Positions 42,374 through 56,235 of a stretch of DNA of 64,000 nucleotides are shown one piece after another. Each line of letters starts with the position of its first letter. Within the stretch, counting starts at the first letter, position 1. The notes under the pieces are model-generated. The model worked only from the letters and a program-made list of their open reading frames with translations, did not search any database and was not told where the DNA came from. The position numbers and the translations under genes were made by a program. The stretch lies in NCBI RefSeq assembly GCF_003018235.1, contig NZ_CP027437.1; one strand, given 5' to 3'. The DNA comes from Escherichia coli. Its GTDB lineage: Bacteria > Pseudomonadota > Gammaproteobacteria > Enterobacterales > Enterobacteriaceae.

Positions 42374-42651
42374 CGAAAACAATCCCGTGGTAGCAAAGCG
42401 GGCATTTTAGCTGACCGAAAGAGAAAAGCAAACGTTTGCCACATCCTCATCTAAATATTTAAATGAGATAAATGCACTTTTTTATATAACTTTTGGTATT
42501 TTTCTGCTTAAAATCCATGCCATTTGTTCATTAACAGCTGAGAATTTGACCCAGGAAAGCATAACTCGATACCCGTCATAGTTCATAAGTTGCCACTGCG
42601 CGATGAAGTATGACGAGTATGAAAGAGTGATGCGGATACAAAGGAGTAACT

Positions 42652-43857
42652 ATGTTTCATCTCGATACTTTAGCAACGCTTGTTGCCGCAACGCTGACGT
42701 TGCTGCTCGGGCGTAAGTTGGTCCATTCCGTCTCCTTTTTGAAGAAATACACCATACCGGAACCTGTTGCGGGTGGTTTGTTGGTGGCGTTAGCGCTACT
42801 GGTACTGAAAAAAAGCATGGGCTGGGAAGTCAACTTTGATATGTCCCTGCGCGATCCGTTAATGCTGGCATTCTTCGCCACCATTGGCCTGAACGCCAAC
42901 ATTGCCAGTTTGCGTGCCGGTGGGCGTGTGGTTGGCATCTTCTTGATTGTGGTTGTTGGTCTGTTGGTGATGCAAAATGCCATTGGCATTGGTATGGCTA
43001 GCCTGTTAGGGCTTGATCCGCTGATGGGGCTGTTGGCCGGTTCTATTACGCTTTCCGGCGGTCACGGTACGGGCGCTGCGTGGAGTAAATTGTTCATTGA
43101 ACGCTATGGCTTCACCAATGCGACGGAAGTGGCGATGGCCTGTGCGACGTTTGGTCTGGTGCTGGGCGGCTTGATTGGCGGTCCGGTAGCGCGCTATCTG
43201 GTGAAACACTCCACCACGCCGAACGGTATTCCGGATGACCAGGAAGTCCCGACGGCGTTCGAAAAGCCGGATGTGGGCCGCATGATCACCTCGCTGGTGC
43301 TGATTGAAACTATCGCGCTGATTGCTATCTGCCTGACGGTGGGGAAAATTGTTGCGCAACTTTTGGCTGGCACTGCTTTTGAACTGCCGACCTTCGTCTG
43401 TGTACTGTTTGTTGGCGTGATTCTGAGCAACGGTCTGTCAATGATGGGCTTTTACCGCGTCTTTGAGCGTGCGGTATCCGTGCTGGGTAACGTAAGCCTG
43501 TCGTTGTTCTTGGCGATGGCGCTGATGGGGCTGAAATTATGGGAGCTGGCTTCGCTGGCGCTGCCGATGCTGGCGATTCTGGTGGTACAGACCATCTTCA
43601 TGGCGCTGTATGCCATCTTCGTTACCTGGCGCATGATGGGCAAAAACTACGATGCGGCAGTGCTGGCTGCGGGTCACTGTGGTTTTGGCCTCGGTGCAAC
43701 GCCAACGGCAATCGCCAACATGCAGGCGATCACTGAACGTTTTGGCCCGTCGCACATGGCCTTCCTGGTCGTGCCGATGGTCGGTGCGTTCTTTATTGAT
43801 ATCGTTAACGCGCTGGTGATTAAGCTGTATTTGATGTTGCCGATTTTTGCCGGTTAA
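42652..43857 (+). CDS. gltS: Sodium/glutamate symporter, 401 aa
   Basis: Full-length match to GltS (MFHLDTLATLVAATLTLLLGRKLV...). Confidence 0.9.
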   Translation: MFHLDTLATLVAATLTLLLGRKLVHSVSFLKKYTIPEPVAGGLLVALALLVLKKSMGWEVNFDMSLRDPLMLAFFATIGLNANIASLRAGGRVVGIFLIVVVGLLVMQNAIGIGMASLLGLDPLMGLLAGSITLSGGHGTGAAWSKLFIERYGFTNATEVAMACATFGLVLGGLIGGPVARYLVKHSTTPNGIPDDQEVPTAFEKPDVGRMITSLVLIETIALIAICLTVGKIVAQLLAGTAFELPTFVCVLFVGVILSNGLSMMGFYRVFERAVSVLGNVSLSLFLAMALMGLKLWELASLALPMLAILVVQTIFMALYAIFVTWRMMGKNYDAAVLAAGHCGFGLGATPTAIANMQAITERFGPSHMAFLVVPMVGAFFIDIVNALVIKLYLMLPIFAG

Positions 43858-43859
43858 AA

Positions 43860-44726
43860 ATGAAAAAGCGTCGGAAGGAACCGGAAACGCTACGTGAACA
43901 CTGTCGCCATATTTTTGGTGACGAGCCGCCAGTGCTCTGTGTATGGGAAACGGAATTTGATTACGCAGATGCCGAACTCAAGGCGCTGGCGGCTAAAGAG
44001 TGGCAACAGATAGGCGAATGGGATTTGAGTGCTTACTATGTACTCAATCTCGTTTATAACGAACCGATGCAAATAGAGCTGTTTCGCTATCTGTTTCCGC
44101 TATGCCTGGCGCAATGGCATGAAACCGTTTTAGCTGGCGGTTATGGTGATCACTTCGAAGAATCCTTAATGAAGGCATTGCGTCGGCCCTATCTCTGGCA
44201 GGAGATGATGAATGCTTCCCAACGCCAGCAGGTACGGCAATTTTTACTGGAAACCGCGTTGCAGCGTATGGATAACGAGCGTGGTTTCAATAATGTTCTT
44301 TGCTGGCTGGCGGTGTTCAATACTCTGGGCGGGGCCGCGCCGTTAATTCATTCTCTCTGGTCACGCTGGTGGGCACTGGATACGCCGGGAAAAGCGGTGT
44401 GTGCTATTCAGTATGCCGCGCATCTAATTTATCCCATAGAAGCCAATCCGTTATGGTCGCAAGAATGGTTAGGCTGGGGGCATCCATTAGGTCATAAAGA
44501 TGGCTGGTCCTCTGAGAATCGCGCTTTTCTTCGCCAAATGTTAACACCTGAAATGATTGTGGCTGGCGTACAGGCAGCGGCTGAAATTCTGCGTGGTGAA
44601 CCGGAAGGCGCAATGGCGGCGCGAATTGCGCAGGATGCGTATGAGGCAATGGATATCATCACTATCCAGATTGAAGATTTACTGCGTGACTTGTCTTGCG
44701 ATGAGTCAGGTCATGCGTTGGAGTAA
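43860..44726 (+). CDS. Hypothetical Trp-rich protein, 288 aa, unknown function
   Basis: ATG 2 nt after gltS stop; long ORF with ordinary E. coli-like codon composition; 3' end overlaps recG stop region by 16 nt; no family recognised. Confidence 0.45.
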   Translation: MKKRRKEPETLREHCRHIFGDEPPVLCVWETEFDYADAELKALAAKEWQQIGEWDLSAYYVLNLVYNEPMQIELFRYLFPLCLAQWHETVLAGGYGDHFEESLMKALRRPYLWQEMMNASQRQQVRQFLLETALQRMDNERGFNNVLCWLAVFNTLGGAAPLIHSLWSRWWALDTPGKAVCAIQYAAHLIYPIEANPLWSQEWLGWGHPLGHKDGWSSENRAFLRQMLTPEMIVAGVQAAAEILRGEPEGAMAARIAQDAYEAMDIITIQIEDLLRDLSCDESGHALE

Positions 44727-46792
44727 CGTTCCGTTTCCGGCATCCAGCGTTCTATCAGGGCTTTTGCCTGTTGTGGGTAACGTTCGTGAATATGTCGCGC
44801 CAGGCGCTGAACTTCCGGGATCATCGCCTGATCGCGCAGTAAATCCGCCACTTTAAACTCAGCATTACCCGTCTGACGCGTACCTAACAGTTCACCCGGT
44901 CCGCGAATCTCTAAGTCTTTCTGTGCAATCACAAAACCGTCGTTGCTGTCGCGCAGTACCTGCAGGCGAATTTGCGCCGTTTTAGAGAGCGGTGTTTTGT
45001 AGAGCAACACGCAGTGAGAAGCCACCGCACCACGACCTACACGCCCGCGAAGCTGGTGCAACTGCGCCAGACCCAGACGCTCCGGGTTTTCGATAATCAT
45101 CAGGCTGGCGTTAGGCACATCAACGCCGACTTCAATAACGGTAGTGGCAACCAGCAGGTGTAACTCGCCTTGTTTAAATGATGCCATGACGGCCTGCTTC
45201 TCGGCTGGTTTCATCCGTCCGTGTACCAGACCAACATTCAACTCTGGTAGCGCCAGTTTCAACTCTTCCCAGGTAGCTTCCGCCGCCTGCGCTTCCAGTA
45301 ACTCTGACTCTTCAATGAGTGTGCACACCCAGTACGCCTGACGCCCTTCAGTCATACAGGCGTGGCGCACGCGGTCAATGATGTCGGTACGGCGAGTATC
45401 AGGAATAGCGACCGTAGTCACTGGCGTGCGGCCTGGCGGCAGTTCATCAATGACCGAGGTGTCGAGATCAGCATACGCAGTCATCGCCAGCGTGCGGGGG
45501 ATCGGCGTGGCGGTCATGATCAACTGATGAGGATGGAAGCCTTGCTGCTGGCCTTTCTCCCATAACGCCAGACGCTGATGCACGCCAAAACGATGCTGTT
45601 CGTCGATAATCACCAGCGCCAGGCCGTTAAACTGCACCTGTTCCTGGAAGATGGCGTGTGTTCCGACAATCATCTGCACCTGACCGCTGGCGATGGCTTC
45701 CTGCTGTGCCAGCCGCGCTTTACCTTTCTGCTTACCGGCGAGCCAGCCCACTTCGATACCGAGCGGTGCAAACCAGTTACGGAAGTTATTGGCGTGCTGT
45801 TCGGCGAGTAATTCGGTTGGTGCCATCAATGCCACCTGTTTGCCGTGGGCAATCGCACGCAGCGCGGCGAGGGCAGCGACCAGCGTTTTACCGGAACCTA
45901 CATCGCCCTGTACCAGGCGCATCATCGGCGCATCCAGCGCCATATCGCGCTCGATCTCCGCCACCACGCGTGCCTGTGCGCCCGTTGGCTTGAACGGTAA
46001 GGCTGCGAGGAGTTTATTTTTCAGCGCGTCATTGGCGCTAAGCGGCTGGGCATGGAAACGTTGTGCACCAGCGCGTAACGCCAACATGCTGAGGTTGTGC
46101 GCAAGCAGTTCTTCCAGAATCAGACGGCGTTGTGCTGGATGCTGCCCGGTTTCGAGATCGCTAAGCTGTAGCGTCGGCGGCGGGCGGTGCAAAGTGCGCA
46201 ACGCTTCCGGTAGCGTCATCATTCCTTGTGACAGTTCCGGCGGCAGGAGTTCTTCAATGGCGCAGGTGTCGAGCAGATCCAGCGCCTGGTCGGTTAATTT
46301 ACGCAGCGTGGCCTGCTTTACGCCTTCGGTTGTTGGATAAACCGGCGTAAGCGTTTCCTGCAACTCTGGCGTACTGAGATCGCCCTGCACGCGGTATTCC
46401 GGGTGGATCATCTCCGCGCCATATTTACCGCGCTTTACTTCTCCATAGGCCAGCACGCGGCGGCCCGTCGCCAGGCTATTTTTCATTGCCGCGTTGAAGT
46501 TGAAAAAGCGCATGGTGAGAATGCCGGAACCGTCGCTGATCTGGCAGGTCATCATCCGCCGACCGCCGAAGGAGATATTGCAGTTCAGCACTTCGCCTTC
46601 CACCGTGGCATAAACGCCCGGTAGTAGTTCTCCGATGGGGTAGAGATGGGTGCGATCTTCGTAGCGCAGGGGAAGGTGTAAGAGTAGATCCTGCACGGTA
46701 TGCAGGTTGATTTTCGCCAGCTTGTTACTGAGCGCTGCGCCAACGCCCGTTAGGGAACTGAGCGGGACAGCATCTAACAGGCGACCTTTCAT
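44711..46792 (-). CDS. recG: ATP-dependent DNA helicase RecG, 693 aa
   Basis: Conserved start MKGRLLDAVPLSSLTGVGA; Walker A GDVGSGKT and helicase motifs. Confidence 0.95.
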   Translation of the reverse strand: MKGRLLDAVPLSSLTGVGAALSNKLAKINLHTVQDLLLHLPLRYEDRTHLYPIGELLPGVYATVEGEVLNCNISFGGRRMMTCQISDGSGILTMRFFNFNAAMKNSLATGRRVLAYGEVKRGKYGAEMIHPEYRVQGDLSTPELQETLTPVYPTTEGVKQATLRKLTDQALDLLDTCAIEELLPPELSQGMMTLPEALRTLHRPPPTLQLSDLETGQHPAQRRLILEELLAHNLSMLALRAGAQRFHAQPLSANDALKNKLLAALPFKPTGAQARVVAEIERDMALDAPMMRLVQGDVGSGKTLVAALAALRAIAHGKQVALMAPTELLAEQHANNFRNWFAPLGIEVGWLAGKQKGKARLAQQEAIASGQVQMIVGTHAIFQEQVQFNGLALVIIDEQHRFGVHQRLALWEKGQQQGFHPHQLIMTATPIPRTLAMTAYADLDTSVIDELPPGRTPVTTVAIPDTRRTDIIDRVRHACMTEGRQAYWVCTLIEESELLEAQAAEATWEELKLALPELNVGLVHGRMKPAEKQAVMASFKQGELHLLVATTVIEVGVDVPNASLMIIENPERLGLAQLHQLRGRVGRGAVASHCVLLYKTPLSKTAQIRLQVLRDSNDGFVIAQKDLEIRGPGELLGTRQTGNAEFKVADLLRDQAMIPEVQRLARHIHERYPQQAKALIERWMPETERYSNA

Positions 46793-46797
46793 GGCAC

Positions 46798-47487
46798 TTA
46801 TCCTGCAGCCTGCATGGTAGCCCACCAGTCGGCATCAGCTTCGATCTCGCCTTGCTGATTGACGTGGGGGTAAGGCAGGCCTTTGCGTTTTGCGACTTTC
46901 GCCAGCACCGGATAGCCGCCTTCAAACAACAGGCGTTGTTGCTCTGCTTCCGGCAACATGCTGTTTTCACGCAGGTACATGCCCGCATTTTGCCGCTGGC
47001 GCTGGGCTTCGTAAAGAATGAGGGCTGAGGCAACGGAAACATTCAGCGATTGCACCATGCCAATCATCGGAATGATGATGTCCCGATCCGCCAGGGCCAA
47101 CGCTTCCTGCGTGATGCCTGTTTTCTCCTGTCCCATCAAAATACAGGTCGGGCGAGTGTAATCAATTTCGCGGAAATCGACAGCGTTATCAGAAAGATGG
47201 GTTGCAAGAATCTGCATGCCCTGGCCTTTCAGATGAGCGACGGCATCGCCAATGGTGCGGTGCGTTTTCACCTGTACCCAGCTGTTACTACCCGCAGCTG
47301 CCGAAGCCATGGTGCGCATCCGGCTGCCAGGCCAGACGGCATGAACTTCATGTACACCAACGGCATCTGCGGTACGAATAATCGCAGAAACGTTATGAGG
47401 TTTATGGACCTGCTCCATGCAGACGGTCAGATCAGGCTGCCGCCTGGTGAGCATTTCGCAGATGCGTGCATAACGTGTTGGGTTCAT
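46798..47487 (-). CDS. trmH: tRNA (guanosine-2'-O)-methyltransferase, 229 aa
   Basis: Full-length match to SpoU/TrmH. Confidence 0.9.
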   Translation of the reverse strand: MNPTRYARICEMLTRRQPDLTVCMEQVHKPHNVSAIIRTADAVGVHEVHAVWPGSRMRTMASAAAGSNSWVQVKTHRTIGDAVAHLKGQGMQILATHLSDNAVDFREIDYTRPTCILMGQEKTGITQEALALADRDIIIPMIGMVQSLNVSVASALILYEAQRQRQNAGMYLRENSMLPEAEQQRLLFEGGYPVLAKVAKRKGLPYPHVNQQGEIEADADWWATMQAAG

Positions 47488-47493
47488 AAAACA

Positions 47494-49602
47494 TTAATTT
47501 CGGTTTCGGGTGACTTTAATCACGTCTGGCATCACGCGGATTTTGCGCATGATATTCGCCAGATGCACACGGTCACGAGCGGTCAGACGAATAAAGGCGC
47601 TGTAGACGCGACCATCTTTCTCTTCCGTATTCAAACTTTGAATATTCGAGGTGGTGGTGTTAATTGCCGCCGTCAGGTTTGCCAGCGCACCCTGATGATT
47701 GAACATCTCCACCTTGATTTCGGTGATGAACTCCTGCGCCGTCTCTTTATCCCATTCCACAGCCATAAACTTCTCTGGCTCTTTCTGGTAGCCACGGATG
47801 TTACGGCAGGATTCATGGTGGATCACCAGACCTTTACCGGGGCTGACGTGGGCGATAATCGGGTCGCCAGGAATAGGGCGGCAGCATTTCGCAAAGGTGA
47901 TCAGCACGCCATCGGCACCTTTAATGGGCAGATGTCCGTGACTTTGGGTTGCCGGTGGAATGGAGGCGTCCCCATGTTGCAGATTTTTCGCGACCACCAC
48001 GCTCATTGCGTTACCAAGGCCGATTTCAGCCAGCAGATCGTCAAGCGTTGCCAGCTTCATGCGGTCCAGCTCGCGCTGAATATTTTCCTGCGGGATTTCA
48101 TTGAGCTTGCGGCTGCCACCCAACGCATGGTTGAGCAGACGACGGCCCAGGCTTACAGAATCATCACGCTTGAGGTTTTTCAGCAATTGACGAATTTTGG
48201 CGCGCGCTTTCGAGCTAACGACAAAGTTCAGCCACGCGGCATTCGGGCGAGCGCCAGGTGCGGTAATAATTTCAACGGTTTGACCGCTGGTAAGCGGCTG
48301 CGACAGCGGGTAAGGCTGGCGGTCGACGCGTGCGCCCACGCAGGCATGACCGATATCGGTATGCACCGCATAAGCGAAGTCGACGGGCGTTGCACCGGCA
48401 GGCAGCTCTACAATGCGCCCTTCCGGTGTGAAAACGTAAATTTCATCCGGGAAGAGATCGGATTTAACGCTCTCGATAAATTCAAACGAGCTACCGGCAC
48501 TCTGTTGCAGCTCCAGCAGGCTTTGCATCCAGCGCTGGGCGCGGATTTGTGCGGTAGTACTGGTTTCGCCGTGCTCTTTATAAGCCCAGTGCGCGGCAAC
48601 ACCCATCTCTGCCATCTGATCCATATCTTCGGTACGGATCTGGACCTCAACCGGCACGCCGTGCGGGCCAATCATCGAGGTGTGCAAAGACTGATAGCCG
48701 TTCGCTTTTGGAATGGCGATGTAGTCTTTCACGCGACCCGGACGCGGCTTGTACAGGCTATGCATTTGCCCGAGCACGCGATAACAGGTGTCGGAATCAT
48801 TGACGATCACGCGGAAGGCGTAGATGTCCATGATTGAGTGAAAACGCTGCTCTTTGAGCACCATTTTGCAGTAGATCGAATAAAGATGCTTTTCGCGACC
48901 ACTGACGCGGCACGGTATTCCCGCTTCCTGCAAACGCCCTTCGATTTCAGAAAGAATCTTCTGGATCATCTCTTTACGGTTGCCGCGCGCGGCTTTCACC
49001 ACTTCTTTAATTACGCGATAACGGTTGGGATACAGCGCCTCAAAACCCAGCTCTTCGAGTTCGGTTTTAATGTGGTGGATACCTAAACGGTGCGCCAGCG
49101 GGCTGTAAATTTCGAGTGTTTCACGGGCGATGCGGCGACGTTTGTCCGGGCGAAGTGAGCCCAGCGTGCGCATGTTGTGGGTACGGTCGGCAAGTTTGAT
49201 GAGAATGACGCGGATATCCTGCACCATCGCCATAATCATCTTGCGAAAGTTTTCGGCCTGCGCCTCTTTCTTATCGCGGAACTTGAGCTTATCAAGTTTC
49301 GACACCCCCTCTACCAGCTCGGCGACGCTTTTACCAAAAAGCTGTTCCATGTCCTGGTAGGTGGCGGGAGTATCTTCAATCACGTCATGCAGCAGTGCCG
49401 CCATTAGCGTTTCATAGTCGAGTTTCATCTCGGCCAGAATGCAGGCAACCGCCACCGGGTGCGTGATATAGGGTTCACCGCTTGAACGTGTTTGCCCCTC
49501 GTGAGCATCACGTGCAACGAGATACGCCTGCCGCAGACGCTTGATTTGGTCTTCCGGCAGGTAGGTTTGAATCAGTTGATTCAGGCTTTCAAACAGATAC
49601 AA
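47494..49602 (-). CDS. spoT: Bifunctional (p)ppGpp synthetase/hydrolase SpoT, 702 aa
   Basis: MYLFESLNQLIQTYLPEDQIKRLRQAYLVARDAHEGQTRSSGEPYITHP; HD domain; long plus-strand ORF 47050-48837 is antisense artefact. Confidence 0.95.
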   Translation of the reverse strand: MYLFESLNQLIQTYLPEDQIKRLRQAYLVARDAHEGQTRSSGEPYITHPVAVACILAEMKLDYETLMAALLHDVIEDTPATYQDMEQLFGKSVAELVEGVSKLDKLKFRDKKEAQAENFRKMIMAMVQDIRVILIKLADRTHNMRTLGSLRPDKRRRIARETLEIYSPLAHRLGIHHIKTELEELGFEALYPNRYRVIKEVVKAARGNRKEMIQKILSEIEGRLQEAGIPCRVSGREKHLYSIYCKMVLKEQRFHSIMDIYAFRVIVNDSDTCYRVLGQMHSLYKPRPGRVKDYIAIPKANGYQSLHTSMIGPHGVPVEVQIRTEDMDQMAEMGVAAHWAYKEHGETSTTAQIRAQRWMQSLLELQQSAGSSFEFIESVKSDLFPDEIYVFTPEGRIVELPAGATPVDFAYAVHTDIGHACVGARVDRQPYPLSQPLTSGQTVEIITAPGARPNAAWLNFVVSSKARAKIRQLLKNLKRDDSVSLGRRLLNHALGGSRKLNEIPQENIQRELDRMKLATLDDLLAEIGLGNAMSVVVAKNLQHGDASIPPATQSHGHLPIKGADGVLITFAKCCRPIPGDPIIAHVSPGKGLVIHHESCRNIRGYQKEPEKFMAVEWDKETAQEFITEIKVEMFNHQGALANLTAAINTTTSNIQSLNTEEKDGRVYSAFIRLTARDRVHLANIMRKIRVMPDVIKVTRNRN

Positions 49603-49620
49603 GGGCGACCCGCTTTGTGA

Positions 49621-49896
49621 TTAACGACGACCTTCAGCAATAGCGGTAACGGCTTGTAATTCAGCGGCTTCCTGCTCTTGCTGTTCCTGGCGTTCGCGAA
49701 CGTCGAGGATCTGGTTGTTGATCAGACCTTCTTCGATTTCGCGCAGCGCAATTACAGTGGTTTTATCGTTTTCTTCCGGTACCAGCGGATCCTTTCCGCC
49801 TACCTGCATCTGACGAGCGCGACGCGCGGCGACCAGTACCAGGTCAAAACGGTTACCAATTTTCTCTACAGCGTCCTGAACAGTTACGCGTGCCAT
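49621..49896 (-). CDS. rpoZ: RNA polymerase omega subunit, 91 aa
   Basis: [31 protein letters not shown]. Confidence 0.95.
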
Positions 49897-49950
49897 ACTT
49901 AAAAAGCTCCACAGGTGAAGAAATGACTGGGCATGATACTGAAATCAGGT

Positions 49951-50738
<788 letters not shown>

Positions 50739-50739
50739 C

Positions 50740-53128
<2,389 letters not shown>

Positions 53129-53418
53129 GGTTCTCTCCCTAAAAATCTGTCTGGCAGGGTAGCGATTTGTGCGCATTGTCACGATTGAGATTTTTTAAGG
53201 TGAGAGGGAATTGATAATTTTTAGTTATGTGAAATCGTTGTTTTCTGTAGCGTAGATGCATTCTTCTGACTTCTTGTCTGAGAAAATGCATAAGAAAAAG
53301 TAGGTTAAAACTGAGAGGTGGAAAAGAAAGGTGCAATGTTAGCCATTGTGTTCACTGCACCTGGACCTTGGCTTACGCATCGGGTGTCTCAATCATCAAA
53401 AAGAGTTTTTAGTTTCGG

Positions 53419-54243
53419 CTATTTTTTCTCTGTAATTTTTACACTGTTTTCCAACTGCTTGATGCTGATCTGCGGGGTCGGCAACTCCTCAGGCATGGTT
53501 CCGCCAAGTTCCTGAATGGTTTGCCTCACCTTGCGACCCACGTCAAAGTGTGTGGTGTTAGCTTGCTGTTTTGAATTCACGCCATCCCGCTTGAGTTTTT
53601 CTTCTGTTTGGGTAGCTCGAAAGAGATTAGCCGCCAGTTCTGTTGAACCCATATGATCCAGGATCTTCTGACTCTTTTTCAGCCCCTTCCGCTGATGGAT
53701 GGCTTTCTGATCTAATCCACCATACAGCCCCCGGTAACCATGATTCTGAAATATGGCGAAATCGATAGCTGTCGCTACCCCAGCTTGCTGCGCTGCCTCA
53801 ACTAATTGTTTGTTATGTTCTTTCAACTCATTTCTCAGAAAAAGACGCTTTTCGTCTTCACGAAGTTGCCTGAAAGCTTCATCGTCAGCCAGCTCCTGTC
53901 GTCGGGTCTGGATAGCAAAATAAGTTTGCCCTGCCGCAATAACCGGTTTCGCAGGGTCGCCGTTTTGTACTACCAGGTAACAGGCATAGCGGGAGAGTAC
54001 GATGTCTTTTAATGCTCTTTTGGCATTTGAGCCAATTTTGACCATATCGAGGATCTCCTCGAAATGGTCATCAATTGTGTGACCACTATTCAGACAAGCT
54101 TCTTTGGCGCGCGTTAATACAGGTATAAAGTGACGATACTCTGAATAACCCAGTAGTTTCCCAAGTTGTCTTGCTGACCATTGTTCTGCTCCGTTTGCAT
54201 TAATCAGCTTTATCTCTTCAAAAGGTTGATGATGTTCGTTCAT
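53419..54243 (-). CDS. dinD: DNA damage-inducible protein D, 274 aa
   Basis: Conserved start MNEHHQPFEEIKLINANGAEQW; LexA box upstream. Confidence 0.9.
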   Translation of the reverse strand: MNEHHQPFEEIKLINANGAEQWSARQLGKLLGYSEYRHFIPVLTRAKEACLNSGHTIDDHFEEILDMVKIGSNAKRALKDIVLSRYACYLVVQNGDPAKPVIAAGQTYFAIQTRRQELADDEAFRQLREDEKRLFLRNELKEHNKQLVEAAQQAGVATAIDFAIFQNHGYRGLYGGLDQKAIHQRKGLKKSQKILDHMGSTELAANLFRATQTEEKLKRDGVNSKQQANTTHFDVGRKVRQTIQELGGTMPEELPTPQISIKQLENSVKITEKK

Positions 54244-54288
54244 TGCCCACTCCATGTGATATCGATTGCAAGGAAAGTAAGTCTAAAA

Positions 54289-54304
54289 CTGTGTTTATAT
54301 ACAG
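54289..54304. promoter_or_regulatory. LexA (SOS) box upstream of dinD
   Basis: CTGT-gtttatat-ACAG matches CTGT-N8-ACAG consensus, 46 nt upstream of the dinD start. Confidence 0.7.
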
Positions 54305-54463
54305 TTGTGAGTATCTCACGTTCTCACTGCGCTGGGCAAAAAAACATCGCAAAATCTGGAGCAGGCACGCAAAACAGAATTGAAGTTGCGGGGAAGAAAA
54401 ATGCCGCTCTGTTTGAGTGGGCGGCATTTGTGAAGGCTGAAAAGTAAGAATTGGCGTTACGAG

Positions 54464-55327
54464 TTATTCAATGTTCTGAATCTGCTCGCGCATCTGCTCA
54501 ATCAACACTTTCAGCTCAATCGCGGAGTTTGTCACTTCGGCATTGATAGACTTCGAAGCAAGAGTGTTCGACTCGCGGTTGAACTCCTGCATCATAAAGT
54601 CCAGACGACGGCCAACCGCTTCTTTTTTCTTCAGAATGTTGTAGGTCTCTTTGACATGCGCTTCGAGGCGGTCCAGTTCTTCGGCAACATCAATTCGTTG
54701 TGCCAGCAGAACCAACTCCTGCTCCAGGCGGTTGTTTTCCAGTTGCACTTGAGCATCTTCCAGCTTCGCGACCAGACGCTCACGCTGCCATTGCAGGATT
54801 TCCGGCATATGGGCGCGGACTTTGACTACTTCGGCGGTGACGCCTTCCAGACGCTGCTCGATCAATGCTTTCAGCGCCTGACCTTCGGTTTCGCGCGCGA
54901 CGATAAAGTCGTCCAGCGCACCATCCAGCGCCGCGAGAATTTCAGCGGCTATCGCGTCGAGATCCTGCTCCTGGGCTGCCATTACGCCCGGCCAGCGCAG
55001 AATATCAACCGGGTTGATTTCCCCTTCGTCACTCTGCATTTTTACCCAGTTCGCAGCAGTAACCAGCTGTTTAGCCAGTTTTTCGTTGAGGATCAGCTCA
55101 CCTTGCGCGCTGACATCTGGCTCATAGCGCAGGGTACATTCCACTTTACCGCGCGTCAGGCGAGAACGAATACGCTCGCGAACGACAGGTTCAAGGCTAC
55201 GGAACTGCTCCGGCAGACGAAAGTAAGTTTCCAGATAACGCTGGTTTACCGAGCGCATTTCCCAGGTTGCGCTCCCCCATTCACCCTTGATTTCACGCCG
55301 GGCGTAGGCGGTCATACTGCGGATCAT
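54464..55327 (-). CDS. yicC: YicC-family stress-induced protein, 287 aa
   Basis: MIRSMTAYARREIKGEWGSATWEMRSVNQRYLE. Confidence 0.9.
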   Translation of the reverse strand: MIRSMTAYARREIKGEWGSATWEMRSVNQRYLETYFRLPEQFRSLEPVVRERIRSRLTRGKVECTLRYEPDVSAQGELILNEKLAKQLVTAANWVKMQSDEGEINPVDILRWPGVMAAQEQDLDAIAAEILAALDGALDDFIVARETEGQALKALIEQRLEGVTAEVVKVRAHMPEILQWQRERLVAKLEDAQVQLENNRLEQELVLLAQRIDVAEELDRLEAHVKETYNILKKKEAVGRRLDFMMQEFNRESNTLASKSINAEVTNSAIELKVLIEQMREQIQNIE

Positions 55328-55453
55328 AGACGTTCCTGTTTATAAAAGGAGAGGTGGAAGGATTATAGCCATCGATGCCTTGTCAGGATAGGAATAACCG
55401 CCGGAAGTCCGTATAATGCGCAGCCACATTTGTTTCAAGCCGGAGATTTCAAT

Positions 55454-56170
55454 ATGCGTCCAGCAGGCCGTAGCAATAATCAGGTGCGTCCCGTTACCCT
55501 GACTCGTAACTATACAAAACATGCAGAAGGCTCGGTGCTGGTCGAATTTGGCGATACCAAAGTGTTGTGTACCGCCTCTATTGAAGAAGGCGTGCCGCGC
55601 TTCCTGAAAGGTCAGGGCCAGGGCTGGATCACCGCAGAGTACGGCATGCTGCCACGCTCTACCCACACCCGTAACGCGCGTGAAGCGGCGAAAGGTAAGC
55701 AGGGTGGACGCACCATGGAAATCCAGCGTCTGATCGCCCGTGCTCTTCGCGCGGCAGTAGATTTGAAAGCGCTGGGTGAGTTCACCATTACGCTGGACTG
55801 CGACGTGCTTCAGGCTGATGGTGGCACTCGTACCGCGTCGATTACAGGTGCCTGCGTGGCGCTGGCAGATGCGCTACAGAAGCTGGTGGAAAACGGTAAG
55901 CTGAAAACCAATCCGATGAAAGGGATGGTAGCCGCGGTTTCTGTCGGGATTGTGAACGGCGAAGCGGTTTGCGATCTGGAATACGTTGAAGACTCTGCCG
56001 CAGAGACCGACATGAACGTAGTGATGACCGAAGACGGGCGCATCATTGAAGTGCAGGGGACGGCAGAAGGCGAACCGTTTACCCACGAAGAATTACTCAC
56101 CTTGTTGGCTCTGGCCCGAGGGGGAATCGAATCCATTGTAGCGACGCAGAAGGCGGCGCTGGCAAACTGA
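55454..56170 (+). CDS. rph: Ribonuclease PH, full length 238 aa
   Basis: [37 protein letters not shown] through ...[10 protein letters not shown]; intact C-terminus. Confidence 0.95.
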   Translation: MRPAGRSNNQVRPVTLTRNYTKHAEGSVLVEFGDTKVLCTASIEEGVPRFLKGQGQGWITAEYGMLPRSTHTRNAREAAKGKQGGRTMEIQRLIARALRAAVDLKALGEFTITLDCDVLQADGGTRTASITGACVALADALQKLVENGKLKTNPMKGMVAAVSVGIVNGEAVCDLEYVEDSAAETDMNVVMTEDGRIIEVQGTAEGEPFTHEELLTLLALARGGIESIVATQKAALAN

Positions 56171-56175
56171 TTTTT

Positions 56176-56203
56176 AAGGCGACTGATGAGTCGCCTTTTT
56201 TTT
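56176..56203 (+). terminator. rph-pyrE intercistronic attenuator/terminator
   Basis: Hairpin GGCGACT-gatg-AGTCGCC followed by 8 T residues, immediately upstream of pyrE; corresponds to the classical UTP-sensitive pyrE attenuator. Confidence 0.8.
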
Positions 56204-56235
56204 GTCTGTAGAAAAGTAAGATGAGGAGCGAAGGC

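Noticed and set aside
45362-46340. Several plus-strand ORFs (up to 215 aa) rich in Arg/Ala/Ser
   Set aside because: Antisense to recG; no independent coding signal.
47050-48837. 595-aa plus-strand ORF
   Set aside because: Lies entirely antisense within spoT, whose protein sequence is unmistakable; His/Arg-rich composition typical of antisense artefacts.
55454-56170. Checked rph for the K-12 rph-1 frameshift that truncates the protein and lowers pyrE expression
   Set aside because: The reading frame is intact to the conserved C-terminus (...[10 protein letters not shown]), so this is the ordinary wild-type state and not a notable finding.
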